Assembly: GCA_024640685.1 (NCBI GenBank)
Contig: JAHEEN010000002.1
Location: 11,395 to 75,394 of the forward strand
Length of the DNA: 64,000 nucleotides
Direction of reading: 5' to 3'
From: Rhodospirillaceae bacterium
GTDB lineage: Bacteria > Pseudomonadota > Gammaproteobacteria > Steroidobacterales > Rariloculaceae
The notes under the pieces are model-generated. The model was not told the DNA's origin, did not search any database, and was given only the letters and a program-made list of their open reading frames with translations. This document shows positions 48,799 through 57,866 of this stretch, piece by piece. Positions within the stretch are counted from its first letter, which is position 1. Each line of letters opens with the position of its first letter. The position numbers and the translations under genes are program-made.

Positions 48799-51149
48799 GC
48801 GTGCTGCCTACGCTTACTCGGACGACGCGATGCATCGGGAACCGTGACCCCTGCCTCTCCGGAGATCGGCAACAGTATACTGATCACGGCGCCACCCTGC
48901 TCCGAGTTCCTTGCCTCGATGTGGCCGCCGTGCTCCTCGACGAGTTTCTTGACGATCGCAAGACCCAGTCCCGTGCCTTTCTCCTTGCTCGTGACGTACG
49001 GCTCGAAGATCTGATCCACGATATCGGCGCCAAGACCGGGACCGTTGTCGGCAACTTTGATCTCGACGGTCGGGGCTTCGGCCGAGACGACGTGCCGCGT
49101 AGCGATCGCGAGACGCTCGTCCCCTTGTCGCTCCATGGCCTCGAGCGCGTTGCGAATCAGGTTGTGCAACACTTGGCGAATTCGCCCGGCGTCGGCCTCG
49201 ACGAGCGGCAGCGACGAGTCGAGGTCGAGCTGGACGGCGAGCGGCCGCTCACGGTGCAGGTAGAGCTCGGTGACCTCGCGGACCAGCTCGTTGAGATCGA
49301 ATCGCGTGATGTCGATCTCCGGCGTACGGGCATAGTCGCCGAACGCGTTGACCATCTCCTTCATCGCCTCAACTTGTTGGATGATCGTGTGCGTCGCGCG
49401 ATCGAGAAGCTCCGGATCTCCAAGTTGCCCGGGCAGGTAACGCCGTCGCAGCCGCTCCGCCGAGAGCTGAATCGGCGTCAGCGGATTCTTGATCTCGTGG
49501 GCGAGCCGCCGAGCGACCTCGCCCCACGCGGCATCGCGCTGCGCCTGCAGCAGCGCCGTGATGTCGTCGAAGACAATCACGTAGCCGCTGAATTCCTGGT
49601 CCTCACTGGACAACCCGGTGCACGCGCACATCAGCACGCGACGGCCGACCTCGCCGCGCAGCATGATCTGCTCGCGCCATTCGGAGTCGCCGTCATCGAG
49701 GTGAGCCCGCGCGACAGCGACGAATTGCGACAACAGCGGCCTATCTTTGGCGAGCTCGAGCAACGACTCGCCGACGTGCGCATCGAGGTCGACATCGAGG
49801 ATCGCGCCGGCGGCCCGATTGGCCGTACGGATTCTAAAGTCTGGCTCGAGCGAGACGACGCCCGTCGAGAGCCGCGCGAGAATGGCCGCAAGCTTGCGCC
49901 GCTCGTTCTCTACTGCTTGCTGTGTACGGCGGGTTTCCTCGCGCGCGGAATAGAGCCGCTGCGTCATATCGTTAAACGAGTTGACCAGAAATCCGATCTC
50001 ATCGCGCCCCGGTTGCGGTAGCTGCGTTTCGAAGTCTCCGCGCGCGACTGCCCGCGTGCCTGCCATCAGCTGCTGGATCGGCACGACGAGCCTGCGCGCC
50101 GAGAAAAACGCACCGTAGACTGCCGCGAGCATCGTCAATAGCAGCACGAGACTCAATGTCAACGTAAAGCTGTACTTCAGCGCGTTGCGTAAGAAATCGA
50201 GCTCGCGATACTCGACGACACTGGCCTCGACGAGCTCGGCCAGCTCCGAGATCCGCGGCTCGACGGCGAAACGCCCCTGCAGCACGCGCTCATCGGTCGT
50301 CGACACGCGACCTTGCAGGCCTTGCCCGACGCCAGTCGGTACGCTCGAGATCAGCTTGACCGCAGCGATGATCTCGAGCCCGCGACTCCCTTGCGGAGGC
50401 TCGAGCGTCGCACAGCAGAAATCTCCGACGTCGCCCGATGTGAGCTGAAACACCGACTCGTCACCGGCAACGCCGGTCAGATCGGGATTGAAAGCGCCAC
50501 CGGCCGTCCGTTGCCGCAGCTGGAAAATCAGCTCCTGTTGTGCCGTGCCCGGCTGCACGAGCGGATCGGGATCCGGCGAGCTTGTCGCAAGTATCTGGTT
50601 GCTCGTGCCGAAGATCGTAAGCTCCAGCGCGCCGCTTTGACGACGAAGCTGATCGAGCTCGCTGAACAAGTCGGCACGACCGCTCGTTGACAGCCGCTGC
50701 GCCATCGCGCGAAGCTCGGAGAGATTCTCACTCATCTGTATATCGAACGCCGTCTGGCTGAGCTCGAGCGCGTTGTCGAGTCCCTGCGCGACATCGACAT
50801 CGAACCAACTGTCGATGCCACGATTGATGAACTGCACGGCGAACGTATAGACGATTAGGAGGGGCGTTACGGTCAAGACGACGAGCATCGTCATCATCCG
50901 CACCTTCAGACGGGAGCCCGGCACGTGGCGGCGGTAATCGGCGACGAGGCGCACGAAATTGCCGACGATCAACAGCGCGAGTACCGCAATGCCGATGACG
51001 TTGACCAGCAAGATCCAGGGCTGCAGCCGCGCAAACTCATCCGAGTTCTGCGCAACCTGCGAAAATAACAGCAACACCGACAGCCACAGCAGCGTGCCGA
51101 ATGCGAGCGCGACCGTATAGGCGGCGCGTTTTAGTCCTCTAGCGGCCAT
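48795..51149 (-). CDS. NtrY-like sensor histidine kinase
   Basis: N-terminal multi-TM block, HAMP (..LVNSFNDMTQRL), PAS, H-box RLAHEIKNPLTPIQLSAERL, N box HNLIRNALEA, G boxes DNGPGL / GTGLGLAIV. Start set at ATG 51149 (MAARGLK) rather than TTG 51188. Confidence 0.78.
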   Translation of the reverse strand: MAARGLKRAAYTVALAFGTLLWLSVLLLFSQVAQNSDEFARLQPWILLVNVIGIAVLALLIVGNFVRLVADYRRHVPGSRLKVRMMTMLVVLTVTPLLIVYTFAVQFINRGIDSWFDVDVAQGLDNALELSQTAFDIQMSENLSELRAMAQRLSTSGRADLFSELDQLRRQSGALELTIFGTSNQILATSSPDPDPLVQPGTAQQELIFQLRQRTAGGAFNPDLTGVAGDESVFQLTSGDVGDFCCATLEPPQGSRGLEIIAAVKLISSVPTGVGQGLQGRVSTTDERVLQGRFAVEPRISELAELVEASVVEYRELDFLRNALKYSFTLTLSLVLLLTMLAAVYGAFFSARRLVVPIQQLMAGTRAVARGDFETQLPQPGRDEIGFLVNSFNDMTQRLYSAREETRRTQQAVENERRKLAAILARLSTGVVSLEPDFRIRTANRAAGAILDVDLDAHVGESLLELAKDRPLLSQFVAVARAHLDDGDSEWREQIMLRGEVGRRVLMCACTGLSSEDQEFSGYVIVFDDITALLQAQRDAAWGEVARRLAHEIKNPLTPIQLSAERLRRRYLPGQLGDPELLDRATHTIIQQVEAMKEMVNAFGDYARTPEIDITRFDLNELVREVTELYLHRERPLAVQLDLDSSLPLVEADAGRIRQVLHNLIRNALEAMERQGDERLAIATRHVVSAEAPTVEIKVADNGPGLGADIVDQIFEPYVTSKEKGTGLGLAIVKKLVEEHGGHIEARNSEQGGAVISILLPISGEAGVTVPDASRRPSKRRQHA

Positions 51150-51787
51150 GTATACCACTCGCTGCGTAGGGTCCAGTCGGGGCGCCAAAACGTCAGCAGG
51201 CGCAGCGGTCCGGGAAAATCCTCGGTGCTCAGGATCGTGCGCACGCGGATCTCGTAGTCCTCATCGGGCTCGATCAGCGCGGAATCGATCAGCGGCAGCT
51301 CCGTGAGCCGACCGAGAAAGTTCAGCGCCGAGAAAAGATTCGCAAACGAGCTCTGCTCCCCAGTGTTGCGATTGACGACGAGATAGCGCTCGCTGAGCGC
51401 GTGAAATTGCAGGTCGTAGGTCTGCAGCAGGTTCGCCTCGGAGTCGTCGAACCAGAAGCGGCGACTGCGGAGAAACTCGACCTCGATGTCGATAGCCAGC
51501 GTGACGCCGGCCTCGAGCGCTTCTTGAGCCTCAGCCGAGAGCCGATATTCGAGCCACGCGTCGAGATAGTAAACGCCGTCCATGAGCTCGACGCTCGCCG
51601 AGCGCACCTCGAAGCGGCCGGGGTCCTCGTCTTCCTGAGCCGCAACGGACCCCGAGCCGAGCAAGCCGAGCCAAAGCACAACCCCCGCGAGCCGGCGCTG
51701 CCGGTGCCACAGTGGGGCGCGTTGGTCGCGTTGCGGGAAGGCGTGCAACAGGGCTCTCGATCGCTCAGCGTTTGACGATGCAAGCAT
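51131..51787 (-). CDS. DUF4390 domain-containing protein
   Basis: Signal-like VVLWLGLLGSGSVAAQ, then FEVRSASVELMDGVYYLDAWLEYRLS.EAQEALE.GV.L...IEVE and YDLQFHALSERYLV. This matches my recollection of DUF4390, which commonly sits between rsmB and ntrY-like genes. Confidence 0.68.
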   Translation of the reverse strand: MLASSNAERSRALLHAFPQRDQRAPLWHRQRRLAGVVLWLGLLGSGSVAAQEDEDPGRFEVRSASVELMDGVYYLDAWLEYRLSAEAQEALEAGVTLAIDIEVEFLRSRRFWFDDSEANLLQTYDLQFHALSERYLVVNRNTGEQSSFANLFSALNFLGRLTELPLIDSALIEPDEDYEIRVRTILSTEDFPGPLRLLTFWRPDWTLRSEWYTWPLED

Positions 51788-53054
51788 AATAAAACCCGTC
51801 CATATTAGCCTCCCCGGGTAACACCTGGGCAGCGAATTCGGGCTCTAGGAGGCCGGCATCCGGGGTGTCATCGACAAACGCGTCAATCTGGCGCTGGTTT
51901 TCGGTCCGAGTCACGGTGCAGGTCGCGTACAGCAGCCGCCCGCCCGGCGCGAGCAGCGGCCACAGCGCACGCAGCATCAGGGCCTGCCGCGCTGCGACGG
52001 CTGGGATATCGCTCGGTCGGCGCAGCACCTTGATGTCGGGGTGACGGCGGATCACACCGAGCGCGCTGCACGGAGCATCGAGCAGGATGCGGTCGAACGG
52101 CTTGCGATCCCACCATCCCTGCGGCTCGCTTGCATCGCCGCACGTGATGGTCGCAGTCAAGCCGAGCCTCGCGAGCGTCGCGGCGACCCGCTCGAGCCTG
52201 ACCGAATCGAGGTCGAGCGCAACGAGCTCGGCAATGTCCGGGCAGCGCTCGAGAATATGGGCAGCCTTGCCCCCAGGTGCCGCGCACGCGTCGAGAATGC
52301 GCTGCCCGCGCACGGCGCCGAGCTCGAGAGCCGCGAGTTGCGCCGCTGCATCCTGAACGGATACCTCGCCGTCGGCGAAGCCTGGCAACGTGCTCGCCGG
52401 ACACGGCTCGGCGAGCTCGATCGCGCTCGGCCGAGACGCAAGCGGCTTGGCATCGATGCCCGCGGCGGCCAGCCGCGATGCGTAGTCGGCCGGATCGATA
52501 CGCGTTACGTTGACCCGCAACCACATCGGCGCCGGGCAGTTGTTCGCAGCGACGATCGCATCGAGCTCGTCGGGCCAGTCGTCCGCAATTAGCTCGAGCA
52601 TCCACGCCGGATGACTCGTCAGCGCCTCGCGGTGGTTGCGCATAGCCGCATCGAGCGAGTCGCGCTCGCGCAAAAAACGCCGCAACACCGCATTGACGAG
52701 GCCGCGCGCACGGCCAACGCCGAGCGCGCCGGTCGCGGCGACGGTCGCGTCGACTGCTGCATGATCCGGGATTCGCAACGCCTGAAGCTGCACAAGCCCG
52801 ACGCGCAGCAAAGCAGCGACGTTTGCGTCGATTCGTTTCCGCGGCCGATCGAGCAGCTGCTCGAGCTGCCACGCAAGCCGGTGATGCCAACGCAGCGCCG
52901 CATAACAGATCGCGTGCAGCAGCGGCCTATCGCGCTCGTTCGGGAGATCGGCGGCCGCAAGCGCGCGATCCAGCGACTCGCCGCGCGAGACGACTGCGGC
53001 ATCGACGCTTGCCGCAGCAGCGCGCACGCGTGCGCCAACCGCAGCGTTGGTCAC
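51765..53054 (-). CDS. rsmB: 16S rRNA (cytosine967-C5)-methyltransferase
   Basis: NusB-like N-terminal domain, SAM fold ILDACAAPGGKAAH, and catalytic motifs LLDAPCSALGVIRRHPDIK and LLYATCTV. Follows fmt. Confidence 0.9.
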   Translation of the reverse strand: MTNAAVGARVRAAAASVDAAVVSRGESLDRALAAADLPNERDRPLLHAICYAALRWHHRLAWQLEQLLDRPRKRIDANVAALLRVGLVQLQALRIPDHAAVDATVAATGALGVGRARGLVNAVLRRFLRERDSLDAAMRNHREALTSHPAWMLELIADDWPDELDAIVAANNCPAPMWLRVNVTRIDPADYASRLAAAGIDAKPLASRPSAIELAEPCPASTLPGFADGEVSVQDAAAQLAALELGAVRGQRILDACAAPGGKAAHILERCPDIAELVALDLDSVRLERVAATLARLGLTATITCGDASEPQGWWDRKPFDRILLDAPCSALGVIRRHPDIKVLRRPSDIPAVAARQALMLRALWPLLAPGGRLLYATCTVTRTENQRQIDAFVDDTPDAGLLEPEFAAQVLPGEANMDGFYYACIVKR

Positions 53055-53111
53055 AGCCGACAGCCTCGATGCGTCGGCGACCGATAGCCAAAAGCGTCGC
53101 GAGCGCGAACC

Positions 53112-54056
53112 TCAGTCGGCAAAGCGTGCCCCGTCCAATGAGTGTGCGTTTAGGAACGCGGCGACCGACATGGGTTTGCCGCCGGGTAGTTGCAGCGCCG
53201 TGATTCTCAAGCGACCCGCGCCGGTAGCGACATCGACTCCGTCGGGACCCGCCGCAACAATCGCTCCTGGTGGCGCATCGCTAGCCGTGGCGACAGCAAC
53301 AGCGGACCAGATTCGCAACACGCGCCCGTCGATGAGACGCCCCTCGGCAACCGGCCAAGGGTCGTAGGCGCGCACGCTGCGCGCGAGCTCCGAAGCTTGG
53401 CAGCGCCAGTCGATGCGCGCATCTTGCTTGGAGATCTTCGGCGCATACGTCGCAGCTGCGGCGTCTTGCGGCGCAGGCTCGGCGCGGCCCTCGATAATAC
53501 CCGGCAACGTTTCGATCAGGAGCCGGGCACCGAGCTCAGCGAGCTTGTCGTGCAAGCTGCCGCCCGTATCGGCAGCTTCGATCGGGATAGCGCTCGTCGC
53601 ATAGACCGGACCTGTGTCGAGGCCTTGCTCCATGCGCATGATGCTGACGCCCGTTTCGGCGTCGCCGGCGAGGATTGCATGTTGAATCGGCGCCGCACCG
53701 CGCCAACGCGGCAACAACGATGCATGGACGTTGATAGGTGCTGTTCGCGGCCACGACAAAAGCCATTCGGGCAAGATCAAGCCGTAGGCCGCGACGACGA
53801 GCAGGTCCGGTCGCAGGCCCCACACTGGATCGACGCCACCGTCACGCGGCAGCGAGACCGGCTGTGCAATCGGCAAGCCGTGAGCGCGCGCGAACTGCTT
53901 GACTGGACTCTCAGCGACCCTGCGGCCGCGGCCGGCGCGGCGGTCGGGCTGCGTCAAGACCACGGAGACGTCGTAGCCATGACGGTGCAGTGCCGCCAGT
54001 GACGTCGTCGCGAACTCCGGCGTGCCCGCGAAGGCAACGGCGGGCGCATCGGTCAC
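53112..54056 (-). CDS. fmt: methionyl-tRNA formyltransferase
   Basis: VAFAGTPEFA N-terminus. INVHASLLPRWRGAAPIQ motif (formyltransferase HxSLLPxxRG). Confidence 0.93.
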   Translation of the reverse strand: MTDAPAVAFAGTPEFATTSLAALHRHGYDVSVVLTQPDRRAGRGRRVAESPVKQFARAHGLPIAQPVSLPRDGGVDPVWGLRPDLLVVAAYGLILPEWLLSWPRTAPINVHASLLPRWRGAAPIQHAILAGDAETGVSIMRMEQGLDTGPVYATSAIPIEAADTGGSLHDKLAELGARLLIETLPGIIEGRAEPAPQDAAAATYAPKISKQDARIDWRCQASELARSVRAYDPWPVAEGRLIDGRVLRIWSAVAVATASDAPPGAIVAAGPDGVDVATGAGRLRITALQLPGGKPMSVAAFLNAHSLDGARFAD

Positions 54057-54132
54057 GACTCGCCAAAGCCCCCGTGCAAAGGCACGAACGTCACTGCCGA
54101 AGTTACTGCAAGCTGACGCATCGACACCCCCG

Positions 54133-54681
54133 TCAAATCAACGGCGCAGAGGCGTTGCTTGCCTCCGGCTCGCGATCGGCCACATCGCGCTTGGCCTTCT
54201 TGAGGGCTTTCTTCTTCAAGCGATCGCGCTTCAGCGTCGACAAGTAGTCGACGAACAGCTTGCCTTCGAGATGATCCATCTCATGTTGAATGCAGATCGC
54301 GAGTAAGCCCTCCGCCTCGAGCTCGAACGTCTCGCCACGCTTGTCGCAGGCCCGCACCTTGATTCGCTCGGCGCGCTCAACGGCCTCGAACACGTCCGGC
54401 ACGGACAGGCAGCCCTCTTCGTAGCTGACCTTGCCGTCGGCGTGAACGATTTCGGGATTGATCAGGCAAATAGGCTCGTTGCGCTCCTCGGACACATCGA
54501 CGACAAGAACGCGACGATGCACATTGACCTGTGTCGCCGCGAGCCCGATGCCCGGCGCCTCGTACATCGTCTCGAACAGATCGGCGACGAGTTGGGCGAG
54601 TTCGGCATCGAATTCTGTGACCTGTTCCGCGCGGATACGCAGCCGCGGGTCCGGGTACTCTAGAATTGGGAGTTGAGCCAT
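54133..54681 (-). CDS. def: peptide deformylase
   Basis: The three canonical motifs [16 protein letters not shown] and QHEMDHL. Confidence 0.95.
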   Translation of the reverse strand: MAQLPILEYPDPRLRIRAEQVTEFDAELAQLVADLFETMYEAPGIGLAATQVNVHRRVLVVDVSEERNEPICLINPEIVHADGKVSYEEGCLSVPDVFEAVERAERIKVRACDKRGETFELEAEGLLAICIQHEMDHLEGKLFVDYLSTLKRDRLKKKALKKAKRDVADREPEASNASAPLI

Positions 54682-54874
54682 TGTGATTCGTCGGCCGTTT
54701 CGTGTATAACGCGTCGAAGTTAACTTAACTAATTGAGTTTACAGGAATAGTCGCGAGTTTCCCCAGGGTCCGGACGCGCCGATCGGCGCTTGGGATCAGG
54801 CCGCCGGAGTATACCAGGCGGGCTAGCCGGGACAGCTTGCGACGGTATCGACCCCAGTAGGGAGCCCCAAAGAC

Positions 54875-56059
54875 ATGTTCAACGCGCACCTGTCGGCCCT
54901 TCGTTCGTTGACCTTCGCTGGCTTCGCCACCGTGTCGATCGGACTGATCGCTGCCTGTAGCACGAGCCAGCCGCGACCCAACGCAACGGCGACGGCGTTC
55001 CAGCCCCAGCAAAGCCCAGTGGCTGGGGCGGTGTCGCGGCCCGCAACTGCGCGCCGCGCAGTCGGCCAGGTCACGCCATCGCCAGTGCTCGTCAATCCTG
55101 GACATCCCGACACCTATGTCGTCGCCCCCGGAGACACGCTCTGGGATATCGCGAGCATGTTCCTGCAGGACCCTTGGTACTGGCCCGAGATTTGGCAGAT
55201 CAACCCACAGGTCGCCAATCCGCACCTCATATTTCCCGGCGACGTGCTGTCGCTTGCATATCTCGATGGTCAACCGGTCATTCAGGTCGAGCGAGGCACG
55301 ACGGCAGGCACAGGCGTGACTCGTCTGTCGCCGCGCGTTCGCTCCGAGCCTCTCGAGGATGCGATTCCGACGATTCCGTTCGAGACGCTGCGCGCGTTCT
55401 TGTCGCGTCCAACCGTCGTCGAATCCGACCAGCTCGAGACGCTACCGTACGTCTTCGCTCACGCCGACGGACTCATCAGCAGTGCCGGACAGGATGTCTA
55501 CGTGCGCGGCACCGACGCGCCGGCCGGCACGTCGTTCTCGCTGGTCCACCTCGGCAACGAGCTCGTCGATCCCGACGACAACGAGGTCATCGGCTACGAA
55601 GGCATCTATGTCGGTGAGGGCCGCGTCTCGGCGACCGGCGACCCGACGACGGTGCAGTTGACGGCGAGCGCTCGCGAGACGCTGACCGGCGATTACCTGT
55701 TGATGGAGGAGTCGCAGGCACCGGTCAATTACTTTCCGCGCGCACCCGAGGATCAGGTCGACGGTACGATCATCTCTGTCGTCGACGGCGTGTCGATGAT
55801 CGGTCAATACCAGGTCGCCGTGCTGAACCGTGGCGCTCGGCATGGACTGGAGCCCGGCCACGTGCTGCAAGCCTACCGCGCCGGCGCGACGGTCGTCGAC
55901 AAGGTCGGCGGATCTGGGATCTTCGGGGAGAAAGTGCAGTTGCCCGATCGACCGGCTGGTACGATGATGGTATTTCGTATCTTCGACCGCATGAGCTATG
56001 CCCTCGTCATGGAGGCCCAGAGCGAGATCCGTGTCATGGATATCGTTCGCAACCCCTAA
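54875..56059 (+). CDS. LysM peptidoglycan-binding domain protein (TsaP-like position between def and dprA)
   Basis: Lipoprotein-like signal (TVSIGLIAAC). LysM motif YVVAPGDTLWDIASMFL..PWYWPEIW..N.....PHLI.PGDVL. Same position as P. aeruginosa PA0020 (TsaP). Confidence 0.72.
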   Translation: MFNAHLSALRSLTFAGFATVSIGLIAACSTSQPRPNATATAFQPQQSPVAGAVSRPATARRAVGQVTPSPVLVNPGHPDTYVVAPGDTLWDIASMFLQDPWYWPEIWQINPQVANPHLIFPGDVLSLAYLDGQPVIQVERGTTAGTGVTRLSPRVRSEPLEDAIPTIPFETLRAFLSRPTVVESDQLETLPYVFAHADGLISSAGQDVYVRGTDAPAGTSFSLVHLGNELVDPDDNEVIGYEGIYVGEGRVSATGDPTTVQLTASARETLTGDYLLMEESQAPVNYFPRAPEDQVDGTIISVVDGVSMIGQYQVAVLNRGARHGLEPGHVLQAYRAGATVVDKVGGSGIFGEKVQLPDRPAGTMMVFRIFDRMSYALVMEAQSEIRVMDIVRNP

Positions 56060-56127
56060 CCCATCCCGCGATCGGCGGCCGAGCCCTGCATGGCGCTCGG
56101 CCGTCAACAAAACCTCTCACTTGAACC

Positions 56128-57246
56128 GTGGCCGTTGAGGCATGGTTGCGATTGCTCGCGGCCGACGGGTCGAGTCCACGGGTCTGGCGCCCGCTGCTCG
56201 AGGCATTCGGCGACGCCGAAGCTGTCGTCTCGCTGCCGCGCGAAAAGCTCGAGAGCGCTGGCGTCGATGCAACGACGATCGCACGGCTCGAGACGCCGGA
56301 TGACGGTCGTATCGAGAGCTGGCAGCGCTGGCTCGACGAGTCGCACCATCGTCTCGTGACAATTGACGATCCGGTGTTCCCGCGATACCTCGCCGAGATC
56401 GCCGATGCGCCACTGGCGTTATGGGTCGATGGATCGAACGTCGAGATGCTTTCGTATCCGCAGCTCGCAATCGTCGGCAGCCGTAACCCAACACGCGGCG
56501 GATCTGACACCGCCGAAACTTTTGCGCACTATTTGTCGGATCGAGGTCTGGTGATCACCAGCGGTCTCGCGCAAGGTATCGACACCGCCAGCCATATCGG
56601 CGCCCTCAAAGGCACGGCAGGGACAATCGCCGTGCTCGGCAACGGGCCCGATAGACTCTACCCGCAGTCGAACGCAGAGCTTGCGGCGCACATTGTCGAG
56701 CATGGACTCGTGATCTCGGAGTTCCCGCCAGGCACGCCGCCGCGACCGTATCATTTTCCAAAACGCAATCGGATCATTGCCGGATTGACGCTCGGCACGC
56801 TCGTTATCGAAGCGGCGCGTCAGAGTGGTTCGCTGATTACCGCGCGTTACGCTGGCGAATTCGGGCGTGAAGTCTTCGCGGTGCCTGGCTCGATTCACAA
56901 TCCTCTCGCGAAGGGTTGTCACGCGCTGATCCGTGACGGCGCTAAGCTCGTCGACGATGCCGTCGACGTCTTGCTCGAGATTGCCCCGCAGCTTGCAACG
57001 GCCACGCAACCGTCATCCGAGTCAGCGCGATCAGAGCGCTGCGTCGGTTCTTTAACAGAACAACAACCGTACAGCGAGCTACTCGACGCGCTCGGATTCG
57101 AGCCGATTGGTATCGGCTCGTTGGCCGAGCGCGTCGGATTGACGACGGCAGAGCTTTCCTCCATGCTCCTGGTCCTGGAATTAGAAGGGCTCGTCGAGGC
57201 GTTGCCAGGCGGCCGGTATGCGCGCCTGTCACAGAGGAATCAATGA
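56128..57246 (+). CDS. dprA: DNA-processing protein DprA
   Basis: Rossmann-like core IVGSRNPT..G, SGLAQGIDTASH and PGSIHNPLAKGCHALIRDGAKLV, plus a C-terminal winged-helix-like tail. Confidence 0.88.
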   Translation: MAVEAWLRLLAADGSSPRVWRPLLEAFGDAEAVVSLPREKLESAGVDATTIARLETPDDGRIESWQRWLDESHHRLVTIDDPVFPRYLAEIADAPLALWVDGSNVEMLSYPQLAIVGSRNPTRGGSDTAETFAHYLSDRGLVITSGLAQGIDTASHIGALKGTAGTIAVLGNGPDRLYPQSNAELAAHIVEHGLVISEFPPGTPPRPYHFPKRNRIIAGLTLGTLVIEAARQSGSLITARYAGEFGREVFAVPGSIHNPLAKGCHALIRDGAKLVDDAVDVLLEIAPQLATATQPSSESARSERCVGSLTEQQPYSELLDALGFEPIGIGSLAERVGLTTAELSSMLLVLELEGLVEALPGGRYARLSQRNQ

Positions 57247-57719
57247 AGGAAACCGTACTCGACGTGCTGATGTATCTGTTCGAGTGCTTCGTCGACAGTG
57301 AGGATGAGCCGGAGCCGGACAGGAACGAGTTACGTGAAGAGCTCGAGCGCGCGGGCTTTCGCGAGCGCGAGATCGATCGTGCGTTGGATTGGCTCGATGG
57401 ACTGAACGTTGCCGATACCACGGCGGACGCTCCTATCCCACGCACGGCGACCGTGCGAATCTACGATGCGCTCGAGCAAGAGCGTCTCGATCCGCAGTGC
57501 CGTGGCTACATGTTGCACCTCGAGCAGATCGGAATCCTGTCGCCGACGCAGCGAGAGGTCGTTATCGATCGCCTGATGGCACTCGATGGCAGCGACATCG
57601 ACATCGAGCAACTCAAATGGGTCGTCATGATGGTCTTGTTCAGCCAGCCTGGGCAGGAGCAAGCCTACGCACGCATGGAGGATCTCGTTTTCGCGGACGA
57701 TCCGGGCTGGGTAAACTGA
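57243..57719 (+). CDS. smg: DUF494 family protein Smg
   Basis: N-terminus VLDVLMYLFE... resembles E. coli Smg. 4-nt overlap with dprA, conserved dprA-smg-topA order. Confidence 0.8.
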   Translation: MKETVLDVLMYLFECFVDSEDEPEPDRNELREELERAGFREREIDRALDWLDGLNVADTTADAPIPRTATVRIYDALEQERLDPQCRGYMLHLEQIGILSPTQREVVIDRLMALDGSDIDIEQLKWVVMMVLFSQPGQEQAYARMEDLVFADDPGWVN

Positions 57720-57866
57720 CCCCTTCGTGCTTGCGCCGCCGCGTCGAATGTCGCGCCGTCGTTGCTGTTCTGCTGACCGTGCGCGATCTCGAAACTGTAT
57801 GTCTGGATACGCTGACCGCCCTGGCGCCGACCGAAACTCTGTAGCCACCCTGCTCCAATCGAACCG

